IMG/VR virus record: IMGVR_UViG_3300032050_000072
Span: 1-64,000 of that record
Origin: a virus
Reading direction: 5' to 3' (one strand)
DNA length: 64,000 nucleotides
Position 1 is the stretch's first letter. Each line of letters starts with the position of its first letter. This document shows, in pieces, positions 9,426 to 19,124 of the stretch. The notes beneath the pieces were generated by a model. The model was not told the DNA's origin and searched no databases. It saw only the letters and a program-made list of their open reading frames with translations. Both the position numbers and the translations under genes were made by a program.

Positions 9426-10450
9426 GATATCGACTCCACGACCTCGATCAGTTTCCTGCCGCATTTTTCCCAGGTGAAGTGCTCGCGAATCCGCCGCGCC
9501 GCCTTGCGGCCCCTGGCTAGCGCTTGCTGCCAATCGCTCATCACCTTGCCCATCTGCAAAGCGAGATCGTAGGTATCTGGCGTCGCAAGCTGAGCCTGGA
9601 GTTGATAGCTCCGCTCAAGCGCTTCATCGACGCCGGTCCAACTCCAGTCTTCCCACTTGAGGTCGTACTTGATTGGATATCCTACAAGTTCATCTGGCGG
9701 GGCGAGGTCCAGCATTGCGGTCGCTGGCGTGTAGACGCATGGCAGGCCAGTTGCCATCGCTTCGCCGAGTGTGAGCCCAAAGCCTTCGCCGACGCTCGGA
9801 AACGCAAAGGCGTGCGAATGGGCGTAGATACCGGCCAACTCCGTGGCAGGCACTCGTCGCGAGTCGAAAATGATGTTCCCGATCCGCTTAATGCCCGGTG
9901 GCTGGTCGTGCTCGCCCTGCGGGAATGTGGTCTTGAGGTACAGTTCACAGTTGGGAGAATCGGCAAACGCCCGCCATGCCTCAAGCACATGCAGCGGACC
10001 CTTGCGGGCGTTCGGAGCCCCTAGCCACAGGAACCTGAATGGCCTGTGCTTCGGCCCGCCGTAGATCGGCCTCCGCTTGGCGTCATTGCGATCGACATAC
10101 CGGAACAGGTCGCTGTCGACCCCGAGCGGCACATGATAGATCGGCTTGCCCGGCAGCAGCTTGCGGAACGGTTCGACCAGAAAGCTCGCGGTTAGGCAAA
10201 CGGCGTCGGCCCGTTCGAGTATCCGAAAGCACTCAGGAAGCTGCGAAGCCTCCCAGGCCGCGTATGCGATATTTTTCTTTCCGGGCACAGGCTCAAACAT
10301 GTGCGGCGGCGTGACGTGAAAAGCCACGTCAGATGAAGCGTCCATCACAACCCCTAGTCGCTCGCACGCCTCTTTTGCTTTCGAGTTGTGTATCGAGTAC
10401 CCGTAGGAATTGCCCACGCCAAAATAATCAGTGACCCAGTGAAGCTTCAC
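9422..10450 (-). CDS. Glycosyltransferase family 4 (GT-B)
   Basis: VPLGVD, RKG and FAFPSVGEGFGLTLGEAMATGLP (EX7E) motifs, plus FTWE; GTG start coupled to the HNH stop. Confidence 0.92.
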   Translation of the reverse strand: MKLHWVTDYFGVGNSYGYSIHNSKAKEACERLGVVMDASSDVAFHVTPPHMFEPVPGKKNIAYAAWEASQLPECFRILERADAVCLTASFLVEPFRKLLPGKPIYHVPLGVDSDLFRYVDRNDAKRRPIYGGPKHRPFRFLWLGAPNARKGPLHVLEAWRAFADSPNCELYLKTTFPQGEHDQPPGIKRIGNIIFDSRRVPATELAGIYAHSHAFAFPSVGEGFGLTLGEAMATGLPCVYTPATAMLDLAPPDELVGYPIKYDLKWEDWSWTGVDEALERSYQLQAQLATPDTYDLALQMGKVMSDWQQALARGRKAARRIREHFTWEKCGRKLIEVVESIS

Positions 10451-10977
10451 GCTATAACCCTCCACGCCTTTCCGACCTTGATTCGCGACGCAATGCTCTT
10501 TGAGACACCAAGCCACCTGGATATGAAGTCAACGGACCCGTAGCCGCTATGCCTCAAGAAAAAACGCTTAATCAGTGCAGCCACTTCGTTGCTTATCGTT
10601 GCCTTGTGGTGCCGCTCGGCTCTCGGTATCGTTCCGTGCTTGACTCGATCGCGGTTGTTCTCGGCAATGGTGCCCCAGGCAAGATTCTCAAGCCTGTTGT
10701 CTTTCTGATTGCCATTCAAATGCCTGCACACCATGCCGACTGGCCTCGGGCCGACAAATGAACAGAGCACGAGCCGGTGAACGTAGGCGTGTTTTTCGAC
10801 GTACCGGCCATCTTGACGGCCACACAAAGTCACCTGCGGGTATCCACGGCAATCTGGAGAGCATGAAATCTCTCTGTCGCCATGAAAAACACGGCCTTCT
10901 TTTGTCACGAAGTAGCTAGAAAATCCAGCTATCTCGACGGCATCGCCTGCCTTGACTTGATCTTCTAGCAGCTTCAT
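10447..10977 (-). CDS. HNH homing endonuclease (HNH_3, NUMOD4-like N-terminus)
   Basis: YVHRLVLCSFVG..VCRHLNGNQKDNRLENLAWGT..EN motif. Confidence 0.92.
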   Translation of the reverse strand: MKLLEDQVKAGDAVEIAGFSSYFVTKEGRVFHGDREISCSPDCRGYPQVTLCGRQDGRYVEKHAYVHRLVLCSFVGPRPVGMVCRHLNGNQKDNRLENLAWGTIAENNRDRVKHGTIPRAERHHKATISNEVAALIKRFFLRHSGYGSVDFISRWLGVSKSIASRIKVGKAWRVIA

Positions 10978-11378
10978 TTTGTGATATCCGTTCGCCCTTC
11001 GATGACTTCGACCCGCAGCGGCAAGATCGCCGTCCGATTGCGGTCCATCCAGTAGCCTTTGACCATAGCAATTCTCGAAACTCGAACCCCTTCGCGGACC
11101 TCGCGGCTCGACAGATCATGCAGCGTGAGGTACTTGCAGGTCATTTCGTAGACGCCGCCGCGCGGCTCGAAGAACCAGCCCGATATGCGGTGCCGTTCGT
11201 TCTCGCCCCAGGGCGTGTAGTGGTCGATCTCAACCGCGATCTCGCACGGCTCCTTGGTGATCGTCGCCGAGTCAGCGCCATCGACCATTCCGGTCAGCAG
11301 CATCGCGATGAAGACCGCGACTCCCCAGAGCAAAATCTCAACGACCGAACTCCAGATTGCCTTGGCTAGATCGCTCAT
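10974..11378 (-). CDS. Membrane-anchored hypothetical protein
   Basis: N-terminal TM helix (ILLWGVAVFIAMLL); ATGA overlaps at both ends. Confidence 0.55.
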   Translation of the reverse strand: MSDLAKAIWSSVVEILLWGVAVFIAMLLTGMVDGADSATITKEPCEIAVEIDHYTPWGENERHRISGWFFEPRGGVYEMTCKYLTLHDLSSREVREGVRVSRIAMVKGYWMDRNRTAILPLRVEVIEGRTDITK

Positions 11379-12178
11379 GGCCCCATGAACCTCCGGCCAA
11401 GATTCTCGGTAGCCCGCAGCTTCTCGGCCATCGCCTCTTGCTTGCCGCCGTGGTCGCCCGTGATCGTGCCTGCCGCCTTGACGGTCGAGCAAAGCACCTT
11501 GGGAATCCGCACGAAGCCTTCGCCGCCGTAGAGCTTTTCGATCCGCATGAACAGACCGTAGTCGCCGCCTGGGAACTCATTCGCCCCGACCTCGTTCTCT
11601 GGCCCGTGCCAGCGATAGCCGCCGACTGCCGAGTAAGCGATCGCCGGGAAGCATCGCACACCCTCGCCGGGGCACATCGCCGCCTTGAGCATCCACGGCT
11701 GATAGTCGGGCTTCTGATAGTGGCCTATGATCTCGCCGTCGCCATCCAGGTGGATACAGTCTCCATAGACAAACCCAGCCCCATCGACGATCGCCTGCCG
11801 CACCAGATCGAGCGTGTCGTGGGTCAGAAAGTCGTGGTCGTCAAGTTCGATGATCCAGCCGCCCGGTCGAGCCATCGAACAGCCCGCGTGCCGCGCCATG
11901 TTGACGGTCGACACCCGATTCCGCATGTAGTCGAGATTGATCTCCAAAATCGCGTCGGCGTGAACGAATTTGGCCGGGTCGCTTTCGTTCCGGTCGTCGT
12001 CAGAATCCCGCACGATGATCCAGCGATCATGCGGCCCAAGCTGATCGGCCAGCAATTCGGCTTGATGCTCCAGATCGCGCGGTCGGTTTCGGGTCGGCGT
12101 CACGATGTCGAGAAAGACATCGGCGACCGATTCGGGCTTGACGTAGCCGAGCGTGGTGAGGATTTGCGGCGGCTTCAT
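11375..12178 (-). CDS. Glycosyltransferase family 2 (GT-A)
   Basis: DIVTPTRNR, WIIVRD, ARHAG, ELDDHD (DxD), VYGD, VGGY and DYGLF motifs. Confidence 0.88.
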   Translation of the reverse strand: MKPPQILTTLGYVKPESVADVFLDIVTPTRNRPRDLEHQAELLADQLGPHDRWIIVRDSDDDRNESDPAKFVHADAILEINLDYMRNRVSTVNMARHAGCSMARPGGWIIELDDHDFLTHDTLDLVRQAIVDGAGFVYGDCIHLDGDGEIIGHYQKPDYQPWMLKAAMCPGEGVRCFPAIAYSAVGGYRWHGPENEVGANEFPGGDYGLFMRIEKLYGGEGFVRIPKVLCSTVKAAGTITGDHGGKQEAMAEKLRATENLGRRFMGP

Positions 12179-12181
12179 GCC

Positions 12182-12388
12182 TTAACCTCCGTAGACACCA
12201 GGACGATCGCCGGACGCCGCCATTGACGAATCACGACGCTCCAGCGGCACATCAGACGGCTCGCGAATCACCGTGCCAGCGCCGCAGGCATAGAGCGAGC
12301 GAGCGACCGGCTCGGGGACTTCGATGATCTCGCCGACCATTCGCATTTCGCCGTGGATGCAGGTCGGCCTGCTGAGAACTACGCGCAT
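12182..12388 (-). CDS. Small head-associated protein of the type usually found just after the capsid gene
   Basis: GEIIEVPE..ARSL..CG pattern typical of short genes between capsid and connector. Confidence 0.45.
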   Translation of the reverse strand: MRVVLSRPTCIHGEMRMVGEIIEVPEPVARSLYACGAGTVIREPSDVPLERRDSSMAASGDRPGVYGG

Positions 12389-12457
12389 TGAAAAGGCTCC
12401 CAAGTGAATGAACACATGGGAGCCTAAACGATGCCGCAGATTCTTGCCTTGAGCGGA

Positions 12458-12817
12458 CTACGCCGGATTCTCGCAACTTGTTGCGGACGACTTGCCATCC
12501 AGGTAGAAGCCGACGCGGCTAGCCATCGCCTCGCTGGCGTCGTCGAACGGCTCGATGCCAAGATACGTCTTGAGCTTGCGATTTTCGTCGAGCACTTGCT
12601 TGCTTGATCGCAGTTCACGCTCAAGCTCGTCGATCCGCTTCGTCAGCTTCAAGACTGAATCGCGAGCCTCGTCACGCTCCTTGAAAGCGTCTTGAAGTCG
12701 AATCTCCAGCGATTCGATTCTAATTTTGGCGTATCCGCTGACACACGATGACTCTGGCATTGGTCGACCTTCGGCGGCGACTTCGATCACGCCGCCGAGC
12801 GTGGTTCGGTCAGACAT
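12458..12817 (-). CDS. Coiled-coil hypothetical protein
   Basis: 119 aa; N-terminus (GGVIEVAA) resembles that of the upstream gene (GGVVEVSA). Confidence 0.55.
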   Translation of the reverse strand: MSDRTTLGGVIEVAAEGRPMPESSCVSGYAKIRIESLEIRLQDAFKERDEARDSVLKLTKRIDELERELRSSKQVLDENRKLKTYLGIEPFDDASEAMASRVGFYLDGKSSATSCENPA

Positions 12818-13568
12818 TTTCGACGACCTCCTTCTTATCCAGCTTGCTCAGTTGAATGTCAGCAAGCTCAACGGCTGCCCTGCTGGATTCGGCCAACGCT
12901 TTTCTGCGACTGGTTAGCTGCTGCATCGGCTTGTTCATCAACCGAAGTTGACGATGCCGACGAGCACTCTTTTGCCGAGTCCGTTCGAGCTTGGCGGTCA
13001 GATTTTCGATCTGCTCGTGCAGTTCGTTGACCTCGCGGACATGGACCTCGCTGGCCTCAGCCCAGCATCGCTGGAACTCAAGCATTGAGATCGCTGGCTG
13101 CGTGTCGACCTTGACGAGTTGCTTCGCGCGAATGACCGCGTGATGCTTGTGTTTTGTCTCGGCCAGCAATTGAAGATCGCTGGCTGGTACAGGCGACTTT
13201 TCGCCGCACAAGAACACCCGTTCCTCGGCATCGCCTGGAATCCAGCCGCAGGTCGAAACCTGGAACACCGCCCGATCGGACCTCCGAACGACCGTATCGC
13301 CGGACTTGAACGGAAGCTGCTTCTCCGAGCGCTCGACCCGCTTGGTGATCGTGCCGCACTTGATTCCATCGCCGAGATCGGCCACCGAGACTTCACAGTC
13401 GTCGCCGACCAGCGACTTGAGGAACTCCATAATCACGGCGTCCGACTCCTCGGGCTCACACGCCTGGACGTTCTTGATCGCCGCCTTGCAGCAGCCATCT
13501 TGACCACAGTCGACCGGCTCCTGACTCGCCGCCGAAACCTCGACCACTCCACCAATTTGCACGCTCAT
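12810..13568 (-). CDS. Hypothetical protein (SH3-like middle, coiled-coil end)
   Basis: Likely ATG at 13568 (MSVQIGG); contains an FKSGDTV small-domain motif. Confidence 0.55.
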   Translation of the reverse strand: MSVQIGGVVEVSAASQEPVDCGQDGCCKAAIKNVQACEPEESDAVIMEFLKSLVGDDCEVSVADLGDGIKCGTITKRVERSEKQLPFKSGDTVVRRSDRAVFQVSTCGWIPGDAEERVFLCGEKSPVPASDLQLLAETKHKHHAVIRAKQLVKVDTQPAISMLEFQRCWAEASEVHVREVNELHEQIENLTAKLERTRQKSARRHRQLRLMNKPMQQLTSRRKALAESSRAAVELADIQLSKLDKKEVVENV

Positions 13569-13578
13569 GTTTGATCTC

Positions 13579-13914
13579 CTAAATCTCTTGGGCTTCCGCC
13601 ATTTCGTCGAAACTATCGTAAACCGGAGCCGCCATGTCGAGCTTCGTGTGATCGTAGGCTCGCAGACGCTCCATAACACGCATCAGATTGCTTGGCCTGC
13701 CGAGCTTCTCCAGCAGGATCAAGTGCCCAGCACACTGAACCTCGGCCTTGCCGCTCGCGCCGCCAGCCCGCGTCGTCTTGTGGCACGGGAAGCCGCCTTG
13801 GTCGAGCGATTGCTCAATCTCACGGACCCGCTCGCTGTTCAGGTACGGTCGAACGTCTGACCGGAACGGGCAGTTGCAGCACGGCGATTTCATGGCATAC
13901 GGATCGTGACTCAT
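13579..13914 (-). CDS. Cys/His-rich zinc-binding phage protein
   Basis: PCCNCPFR..FPCHKT..QCAGH motifs; directly downstream of promoter P1. Confidence 0.65.
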   Translation of the reverse strand: MSHDPYAMKSPCCNCPFRSDVRPYLNSERVREIEQSLDQGGFPCHKTTRAGGASGKAEVQCAGHLILLEKLGRPSNLMRVMERLRAYDHTKLDMAAPVYDSFDEMAEAQEI

Positions 13915-13949
13915 GATTTTGCTCCGCAACTTGTTGCGTTGATCTATCT

Positions 13950-13978
13950 AGTATATCGTCCCGCTAGACGATTGTCAA
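13950..13978 (-). promoter_or_regulatory. P1 sigma70-type promoter
   Basis: TTGACA-17 bp-TATACT; a 14-bp palindrome lies just downstream (13925-13938). Confidence 0.85.
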
Positions 13979-13985
13979 TAACAAA

Positions 13986-14288
13986 TTACCGCCTTTCCAG
14001 CCGTCGCTTGATCGCCGTCACGGCCTGCTCCAGAAATTGCATACGCTCGCTTGGCTCAAACGCCCCGTCGCCCGTCGCTTCCTCGGAGTAAAAAATCGTC
14101 TCGACGCCGCAGCACGGATGGTCGACTCGGAACTCCCCATGCCGCAGCCGCAGGTAGCCGACCTGCACGCCATCGGGACCAAGGGCGTCGTACTGCTCGG
14201 GACAGGCCGGGCAGGTCATCGCCAGCTTGATGCCGTCGATCGTGATCTCTTCCGGCCCGAAGTTGTCGGGGTCGAATGGGTCGCTCAT
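13986..14288 (-). CDS. Hypothetical phage protein
   Basis: TCPACPEQYD..VGYLRLRHG motif; ATG at 14288. Confidence 0.6.
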   Translation of the reverse strand: MSDPFDPDNFGPEEITIDGIKLAMTCPACPEQYDALGPDGVQVGYLRLRHGEFRVDHPCCGVETIFYSEEATGDGAFEPSERMQFLEQAVTAIKRRLERR

Positions 14289-14518
14289 GGGTTTTGCTCC
14301 TGATATTGTCGCTTGGCGATGTCGAGCGCCGTCTCCATCTGCAACTGCGACGGAGCCAGATCGGCACAGTAGAATCCCGGCACGCCGAACAGATCGCGCG
14401 GCTCGTGGATCGCCATGATCTCCGGTCGTTCGGGAATCATGGCGAAGATACGATCTGTCAGATCGGCGGTCACTGACCGATGCGGATACTTGGCGGCTGA
14501 TTTTGGTGGCGTCGGCAT
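14285..14518 (-). CDS. Hypothetical protein
   Basis: 77 aa, translationally coupled to the downstream gene. Confidence 0.5.
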   Translation of the reverse strand: MPTPPKSAAKYPHRSVTADLTDRIFAMIPERPEIMAIHEPRDLFGVPGFYCADLAPSQLQMETALDIAKRQYQEQNP

Positions 14519-14520
14519 GG

Positions 14521-14778
14521 CTAGAGTCCTCGGATCGTGGTGGAAACAAATTTCACGCCGCTTTGCCCTCGGTCGACCTTGCCCGTTCTCGTGTCCCTGA
14601 CGCCGACGACTCGGCTGAACTTCTGCTTGATCTCGTCGACCGTGTAGCGGCGGAAGCCGCCTCGCTCAAAGACGCCGGTTGTCATGCGGATATCTTCGAT
14701 CATTTTGTCGTCCATCGGCTCGTAGATGAACTCGCGAAACTCGGGCGGAATCCAGCCTGCTGGCTCATCGAAGTTCAT
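14521..14778 (-). CDS. Hypothetical protein
   Basis: ATG preceded by a GGAGATCAAG leader. Confidence 0.5.
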   Translation of the reverse strand: MNFDEPAGWIPPEFREFIYEPMDDKMIEDIRMTTGVFERGGFRRYTVDEIKQKFSRVVGVRDTRTGKVDRGQSGVKFVSTTIRGL

Positions 14779-14789
14779 GGCTTGATCTC

Positions 14790-15104
14790 CTAGAGGCTGC
14801 AATACAGCCCGGTTTCACGCTCGAACAACTCGACCAATTGGTCACAATAAATGTCGCTGTGCTCGCTGATCGGCGTCAGCTTCAAGGCTCGATACTTGGC
14901 GAACTGCACCGTGTAGGTGTCGCACGGGTCCAGCGTGATCTTGACGCGGTTGCTGCCGTTCTTCGCCATGCCGGATCGCAGGCAGAAGCTCAGGCTGTTC
15001 TCGTCGCCGATGAAGTTCTTGGCTCCGGTCATGGCAATGAACTTGCCGCCGCCGAGTTGGGCCAGAATCGTCTTGGCTACCGTCATGTCAGTCGTCGCAC
15101 TCAT
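14790..15104 (-). CDS. Conserved phage early-type hypothetical protein
   Basis: AKTILAQLGG.KFIAMTGAKNF..DTYTVQF..IYCDQL..FE.ETGLY family pattern; preceded by a GAGATCAAGACCATG leader. Confidence 0.7.
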   Translation of the reverse strand: MSATTDMTVAKTILAQLGGGKFIAMTGAKNFIGDENSLSFCLRSGMAKNGSNRVKITLDPCDTYTVQFAKYRALKLTPISEHSDIYCDQLVELFERETGLYCSL

Positions 15105-15221
15105 GGTCTTGATCTCGCGTTGGTGGTTGCTGAAAAGCAAGCGGCCCGGCGACCAGGGCTGTGACCGCGATCGAGTCGCATGTCGCGCCGGGTGAGAACA
15201 GGGACAACTTCCGCTTGTGGC

Positions 15222-15449
15222 TTAGGCGTCAATCAACTCGATCACGCCGCACTCTGGTTCGTTGCTGTGGCTAATCAGGGTACGCTCGACATCGTTGACC
15301 ATAATCGGCTCGTCGAGCTTGACATGGATCGAGTCACAGCCGCCGCCCCAGCTATAGAGGCAGATCGTGACTTCGCCGCTGAACGGCACGCCAAAGTAGG
15401 TGCCCTGAACGCGATCGCCGGTTTCGAGCAGTCGGGTGGTGGTTGACAT
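15222..15449 (-). CDS. Hypothetical protein (cassette gene of P2)
   Basis: ATG inside the GAGATCAAGATCATG leader. Confidence 0.65.
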   Translation of the reverse strand: MSTTTRLLETGDRVQGTYFGVPFSGEVTICLYSWGGGCDSIHVKLDEPIMVNDVERTLISHSNEPECGVIELIDA

Positions 15450-15496
15450 GATCTTGATCTCGCTTGCGGTTGGTGGTGGTTGCTTTGTCTCTATCT

Positions 15497-15525
15497 AGTA
15501 TATCGCCGTGCTAGACCCAAGTCAA
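15497..15525 (-). promoter_or_regulatory. P2 sigma70-type promoter
   Basis: TTGACT-17 bp-TATACT; palindrome upstream at 15546-15559. Confidence 0.85.
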
Positions 15526-15561
15526 CAGTGAAACTGAAAATTATTCGCAACTTGTTGCGGG

Positions 15562-15750
15562 TTAGGCGAGAAGCCCGAGCAATCGCTCGCACTCAGCCAA
15601 TTGGGCTGCAAGCCACTCGCAACCAGCCAGTTCGTTTTCCTGGCAGCGTTGAAGCTCCAGCGAAAGCTCAGCGCCGCGAGCCAGCAAGCGTTGGCGGGCA
15701 TTGAGGTTGCGATTATTCAGAAGGCCCTGGCTCATTAGCAAGTTGGTCAT
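15562..15750 (-). CDS. Hypothetical protein (cassette gene of P3)
   Basis: 62 aa ORF directly behind P3. Confidence 0.55.
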   Translation of the reverse strand: MTNLLMSQGLLNNRNLNARQRLLARGAELSLELQRCQENELAGCEWLAAQLAECERLLGLLA

Positions 15751-15794
15751 GATCGTGCTTCCTGTTTTCGAGTTGTGGTTGATTAACTCTACTA

Positions 15795-15823
15795 AGTATA
15801 TCGTCCTGATAGACCCAAGTCAA
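15795..15823 (-). promoter_or_regulatory. P3 sigma70-type promoter
   Basis: TTGACT-17 bp-TATACT with an A/T-rich upstream element. Confidence 0.85.
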
Positions 15824-15861
15824 CAGCCATTTTCAAAATAATCCAAAAAATGTCTCGGCGC

Positions 15862-15899
15862 AAAAAACAACCCCCGGCAGTTTCCCACCGGGGGTTGTT
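15862..15899 (-). terminator. Rho-independent terminator after the capsid gene
   Basis: Minus strand AACAACCCCCGG..CCGGGGGTTGTT followed by a T run. Confidence 0.85.
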
Positions 15900-15936
15900 A
15901 TCTCGTTGTTGCCTAACTTGCCCCGCAGGGCGTCGA

Positions 15937-17220
15937 CTAGACCAAGCTGGTCACGCCCGCGAGAACTCGCGTGCGGGCCATTGGTTTAGTCACCGGAAGG
16001 ATGGGTTTTCCGTCGCACCTTTGCGTGAACTTGATCCACATTTGGTGAGCCGCGAACGAATCGCCGCCCTCCATCGTGGACTCGACCGCAAGCTGCTGCC
16101 GGTCGAACCAGCAGTAGTACCGGAGATCGCCGATGCCGAGGTAGTTGTTCGGCAAGCTCGCCTCGATCGAGTACGGCACACCCAAGATCGTGCTGACACG
16201 ACCCGTGAGAGCACCGCCGTTGATCGGCACACCGCCGTCGACGAAGATCGGCAAGCCGTTGCCGTCGACCACCTGCATCAACGCCGCCAGCACGTTCTGA
16301 TTCATCGTCCAGCGGAACGATGGCGAACTGTGGTAGCGAATGTCGACCGAGTGCTTGAGCTTGACGATGTTGGCATACGTCAGGCTCGTGATCGTGACAT
16401 TCGTGATGCCGCTGGCCGAGTACAAGCCAGTCGGTCGGCCCGTGCCGCTACCGATCGCGATCACCTTGTCGTTCTCGCGAGCGATCGCCTCTTGGAACAA
16501 CTCAACCACCGTCGTCACGATGTCCGGGTTGGCGTCGCTGACGATTTCTCGACTCAGCTTGACCATCGCGTTCATGCGCTTGACGGTGTAAGTGTTCTGC
16601 CCGAACGTCACCGACGAGCTATTGTCGGTCATCGCCGAGCCTTCGGTGTCGCCCCAGGTCACACTCGCGTTGGTGCCGACCGCAGGCATTTCACCCGAGT
16701 CACCAGCCACCGGAATCCGACGCACGAACTGGAACAACTGCGAAATCTTCGGGATGTCGCGGGTGATCTCAGGGATGAAGCCCGGAGGAATCAGGTAGCC
16801 GCCGTCAGCATTGGTCGTGCTCAAGGCACGAACCAAGCCAGGATCGGCATCCGAGCCCAACTGCTCGCCCACCGGCACCTTGAAGATCGCTTGGCGGAAG
16901 AACGCATTGAGAGCCGCCCGGCGTTGGCCGCGTTGCTCGCCCGGCAGTTCGTTCCACGGCGTCCGGTCCATCACGTCATGCGTCTTGAGGCCGCGCGTCG
17001 CCGCTTCGATCTCAGGGAAACGCAGGTAGCGTCGGTCGGTCTTGTCCGCACCGGCTTCCTTCATGTGCTTCTGGAACATATCGGCCATCGCGCGAGCGAC
17101 GGTATCGCCCACAATCGCCTCAACCGAAGCCTTGAGAGCAGCCGGATCGGTTGCTCGCAAGTTTTGCTCTTGTTCGTCCTTGGTTGGCTCGGTCTTGCCC
17201 GGCCAGTCGCCCTTACTCAT
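15937..17220 (-). CDS. Major capsid protein (HK97 fold)
   Basis: DGGYLIP, VKLSREIVSD, IAIGSGTGRPTG, LGVP and IGDL..Y motifs. Confidence 0.97.
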   Translation of the reverse strand: MSKGDWPGKTEPTKDEQEQNLRATDPAALKASVEAIVGDTVARAMADMFQKHMKEAGADKTDRRYLRFPEIEAATRGLKTHDVMDRTPWNELPGEQRGQRRAALNAFFRQAIFKVPVGEQLGSDADPGLVRALSTTNADGGYLIPPGFIPEITRDIPKISQLFQFVRRIPVAGDSGEMPAVGTNASVTWGDTEGSAMTDNSSSVTFGQNTYTVKRMNAMVKLSREIVSDANPDIVTTVVELFQEAIARENDKVIAIGSGTGRPTGLYSASGITNVTITSLTYANIVKLKHSVDIRYHSSPSFRWTMNQNVLAALMQVVDGNGLPIFVDGGVPINGGALTGRVSTILGVPYSIEASLPNNYLGIGDLRYYCWFDRQQLAVESTMEGGDSFAAHQMWIKFTQRCDGKPILPVTKPMARTRVLAGVTSLV

Positions 17221-17298
17221 GGTTCTGCCCCTTATCGGATGGTTAGAAAATTTGGGAATTGCCCATTCCCGTCTTCATGCTCTTGGCAGAGCTTGCGG

Positions 17299-19107
17299 TT
17301 AGCCGAGCTTTCGCTCGAACTTCACCACACCCGTCTTGCTGCGAGTCAGCGATTCACTTCCGTTGGCATCGCCATCCGAGCCGCCGTCACGGGTATCCCC
17401 GCCGCCGTCGCTTTTCGTCGTGCTTTCGGTCGTTTGCGCTTCGTCGCTGGCAATCAAGTCTCGTAACTCGCCCGCGACCCCGCTCAGGTCACGGATGTAT
17501 TGTTTCATGGTCTTCGAGAGCGATTCGAGCGAGTCGGCCAGCGAGGTAATCGCCGATTTCGTCGCCTTGCTGAACTTCGCTCCCGCCCTGACTTCTTTCA
17601 GGGTTTCGATGATCTGCCGCTGATCGCGGTCGACCTTGGCGAGTAGCTGCTCGTCGCGACTGAGCTTGACGGCAGTCCTGCGGCCCCAGGTCGTCGGATC
17701 AGGCACCCGCGTGTAGGCGCTGGGCTTGACCATCTTGGTGATCGTGCGGTCGTCGATGCGGACGAACTCGCCATACGACTCACCTTCATGCACGATATGG
17801 CGACTGAAAATCCAGGCGTAGTCCGACTCGTCGATCAGTGCGATGCGGCCCTCCAGGGCCAAGTCCGTGGCTTGGTCGCCACTCTTGGCTCCCGCCTCGG
17901 GAACTTCCACACCGATCTCGCGGTAGTGCTCCGCAAGGTGGTCGTAGATCGCGTCGCATTGCTCGCCCGTGCAGTTGATCGCCTTGGTCAGCAAGCGGCC
18001 CATCGACGCCGCCACCGCAGGCCAACTCAACCGGCTGTCGGCGTGGTGGTGAATCATCATATTCCGCGTGTTCTCGCCCTTGGTCACAACCAGAGCCGCC
18101 ATCGCCTCGCGGGTCGCTTGGCTAGCGCTGTTGCACTCCTTCGCCAGCACGAACGGCTCATCCCATTCGATCTCCCAGGGGCACTCGATCTCTTCGCTGC
18201 GAGTCTCTTGCTCGGTCGTTTCCTTGGGGTCGAACAAGCCGACCTCCAATCCCTTGGCCTTCGACTCCCGCAAAAGCTCGACCGCTTCGGCAATCTCTTC
18301 GGCGCTGAACTCGCGCGTCGGCTGATCGTCGTTCGTCTTGTCGGCAGCCTTGGTCGTATCGCCCACCAGCGTCTCCGGCTCGGTCGGCTTGACCGTCTTC
18401 GGGTCGATGTCTTCGGCAATGCCCGTTGCCTCGCGGATCGCCACCGGCAGAGCCCCGCGTGCCACTTTTAGCTCTTGCAGGTGATCGCGAAGCTCGGTGA
18501 CCTTTGTTTCCGCCATTGCCCGGCTGAGCGCATCGGGATTGGCCGGAACACTCACCGCCGAAAGCTCCAGCAGTTCCCATTCGGTGTAGCGGAGCACTTC
18601 CTGCCCGTTGATCTTCTCGATCACGTAGCTCTTGGGGATGAACCCGACCGAGAAGCCTCGCAGGATTCGCTTGCGATAGAGCCGGTCGATCTCGGCCCCA
18701 AGCTCGCAATCAATGTCGAACTGCACCTTGACCACAATCTCAGTCGCCGACTTGGTGATCTCCGTCACCACACCAATCGGCCAATTGCCGATCATCGCGT
18801 CGAAGCCATGCTGCCACAGGACAACCGGATTCTCTTGGTACGCAGTCAGATCGACGCCATTCGGGTCGACGATGCTCTGATAGCGGTCGATCGAGTTGGT
18901 GTTGATGACCGCTTCGATCGGCCCCAGGTCAACCGGCGTCTCGTCCTCGCCCTCGCCATCCTTGACGGTCGCGTCACGCTTGGCCGAACGGACACTCGCC
19001 AGCGGGAAAAACGCCCGCAGCTTGCTCTTGTCCTCAACCGCCCGCTTGGCGATTTCAACTGGCGTGCCAGCAAGAATTCCGCCCTTTTCATCGAGAATCA
19101 TCGGCAT
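17299..19107 (-). CDS. HK97-type prohead protease with long C-terminal (scaffold-like) extension
   Basis: NPVVLWQH, GFSVGF and ELLELSAVSVPANPDA motifs in the first ~200 aa. Confidence 0.92.
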   Translation of the reverse strand: MPMILDEKGGILAGTPVEIAKRAVEDKSKLRAFFPLASVRSAKRDATVKDGEGEDETPVDLGPIEAVINTNSIDRYQSIVDPNGVDLTAYQENPVVLWQHGFDAMIGNWPIGVVTEITKSATEIVVKVQFDIDCELGAEIDRLYRKRILRGFSVGFIPKSYVIEKINGQEVLRYTEWELLELSAVSVPANPDALSRAMAETKVTELRDHLQELKVARGALPVAIREATGIAEDIDPKTVKPTEPETLVGDTTKAADKTNDDQPTREFSAEEIAEAVELLRESKAKGLEVGLFDPKETTEQETRSEEIECPWEIEWDEPFVLAKECNSASQATREAMAALVVTKGENTRNMMIHHHADSRLSWPAVAASMGRLLTKAINCTGEQCDAIYDHLAEHYREIGVEVPEAGAKSGDQATDLALEGRIALIDESDYAWIFSRHIVHEGESYGEFVRIDDRTITKMVKPSAYTRVPDPTTWGRRTAVKLSRDEQLLAKVDRDQRQIIETLKEVRAGAKFSKATKSAITSLADSLESLSKTMKQYIRDLSGVAGELRDLIASDEAQTTESTTKSDGGGDTRDGGSDGDANGSESLTRSKTGVVKFERKLG

Positions 19108-19124
19108 GATATAGCCCCTTGTTA

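Noticed and set aside
10447-10977. HNH gene as part of a group I intron interrupting a glycosyltransferase
   Set aside because: It is translationally coupled on both sides, leaving no room for intron core RNA; it looks free-standing.
15850-17466. Long plus-strand ORFs opposite structural genes (e.g. 538 aa here; also 57723..59468 on the minus strand opposite int)
   Set aside because: Antisense shadows of GC-rich genes; no motifs, and the opposite strand carries clear capsid or integrase genes.
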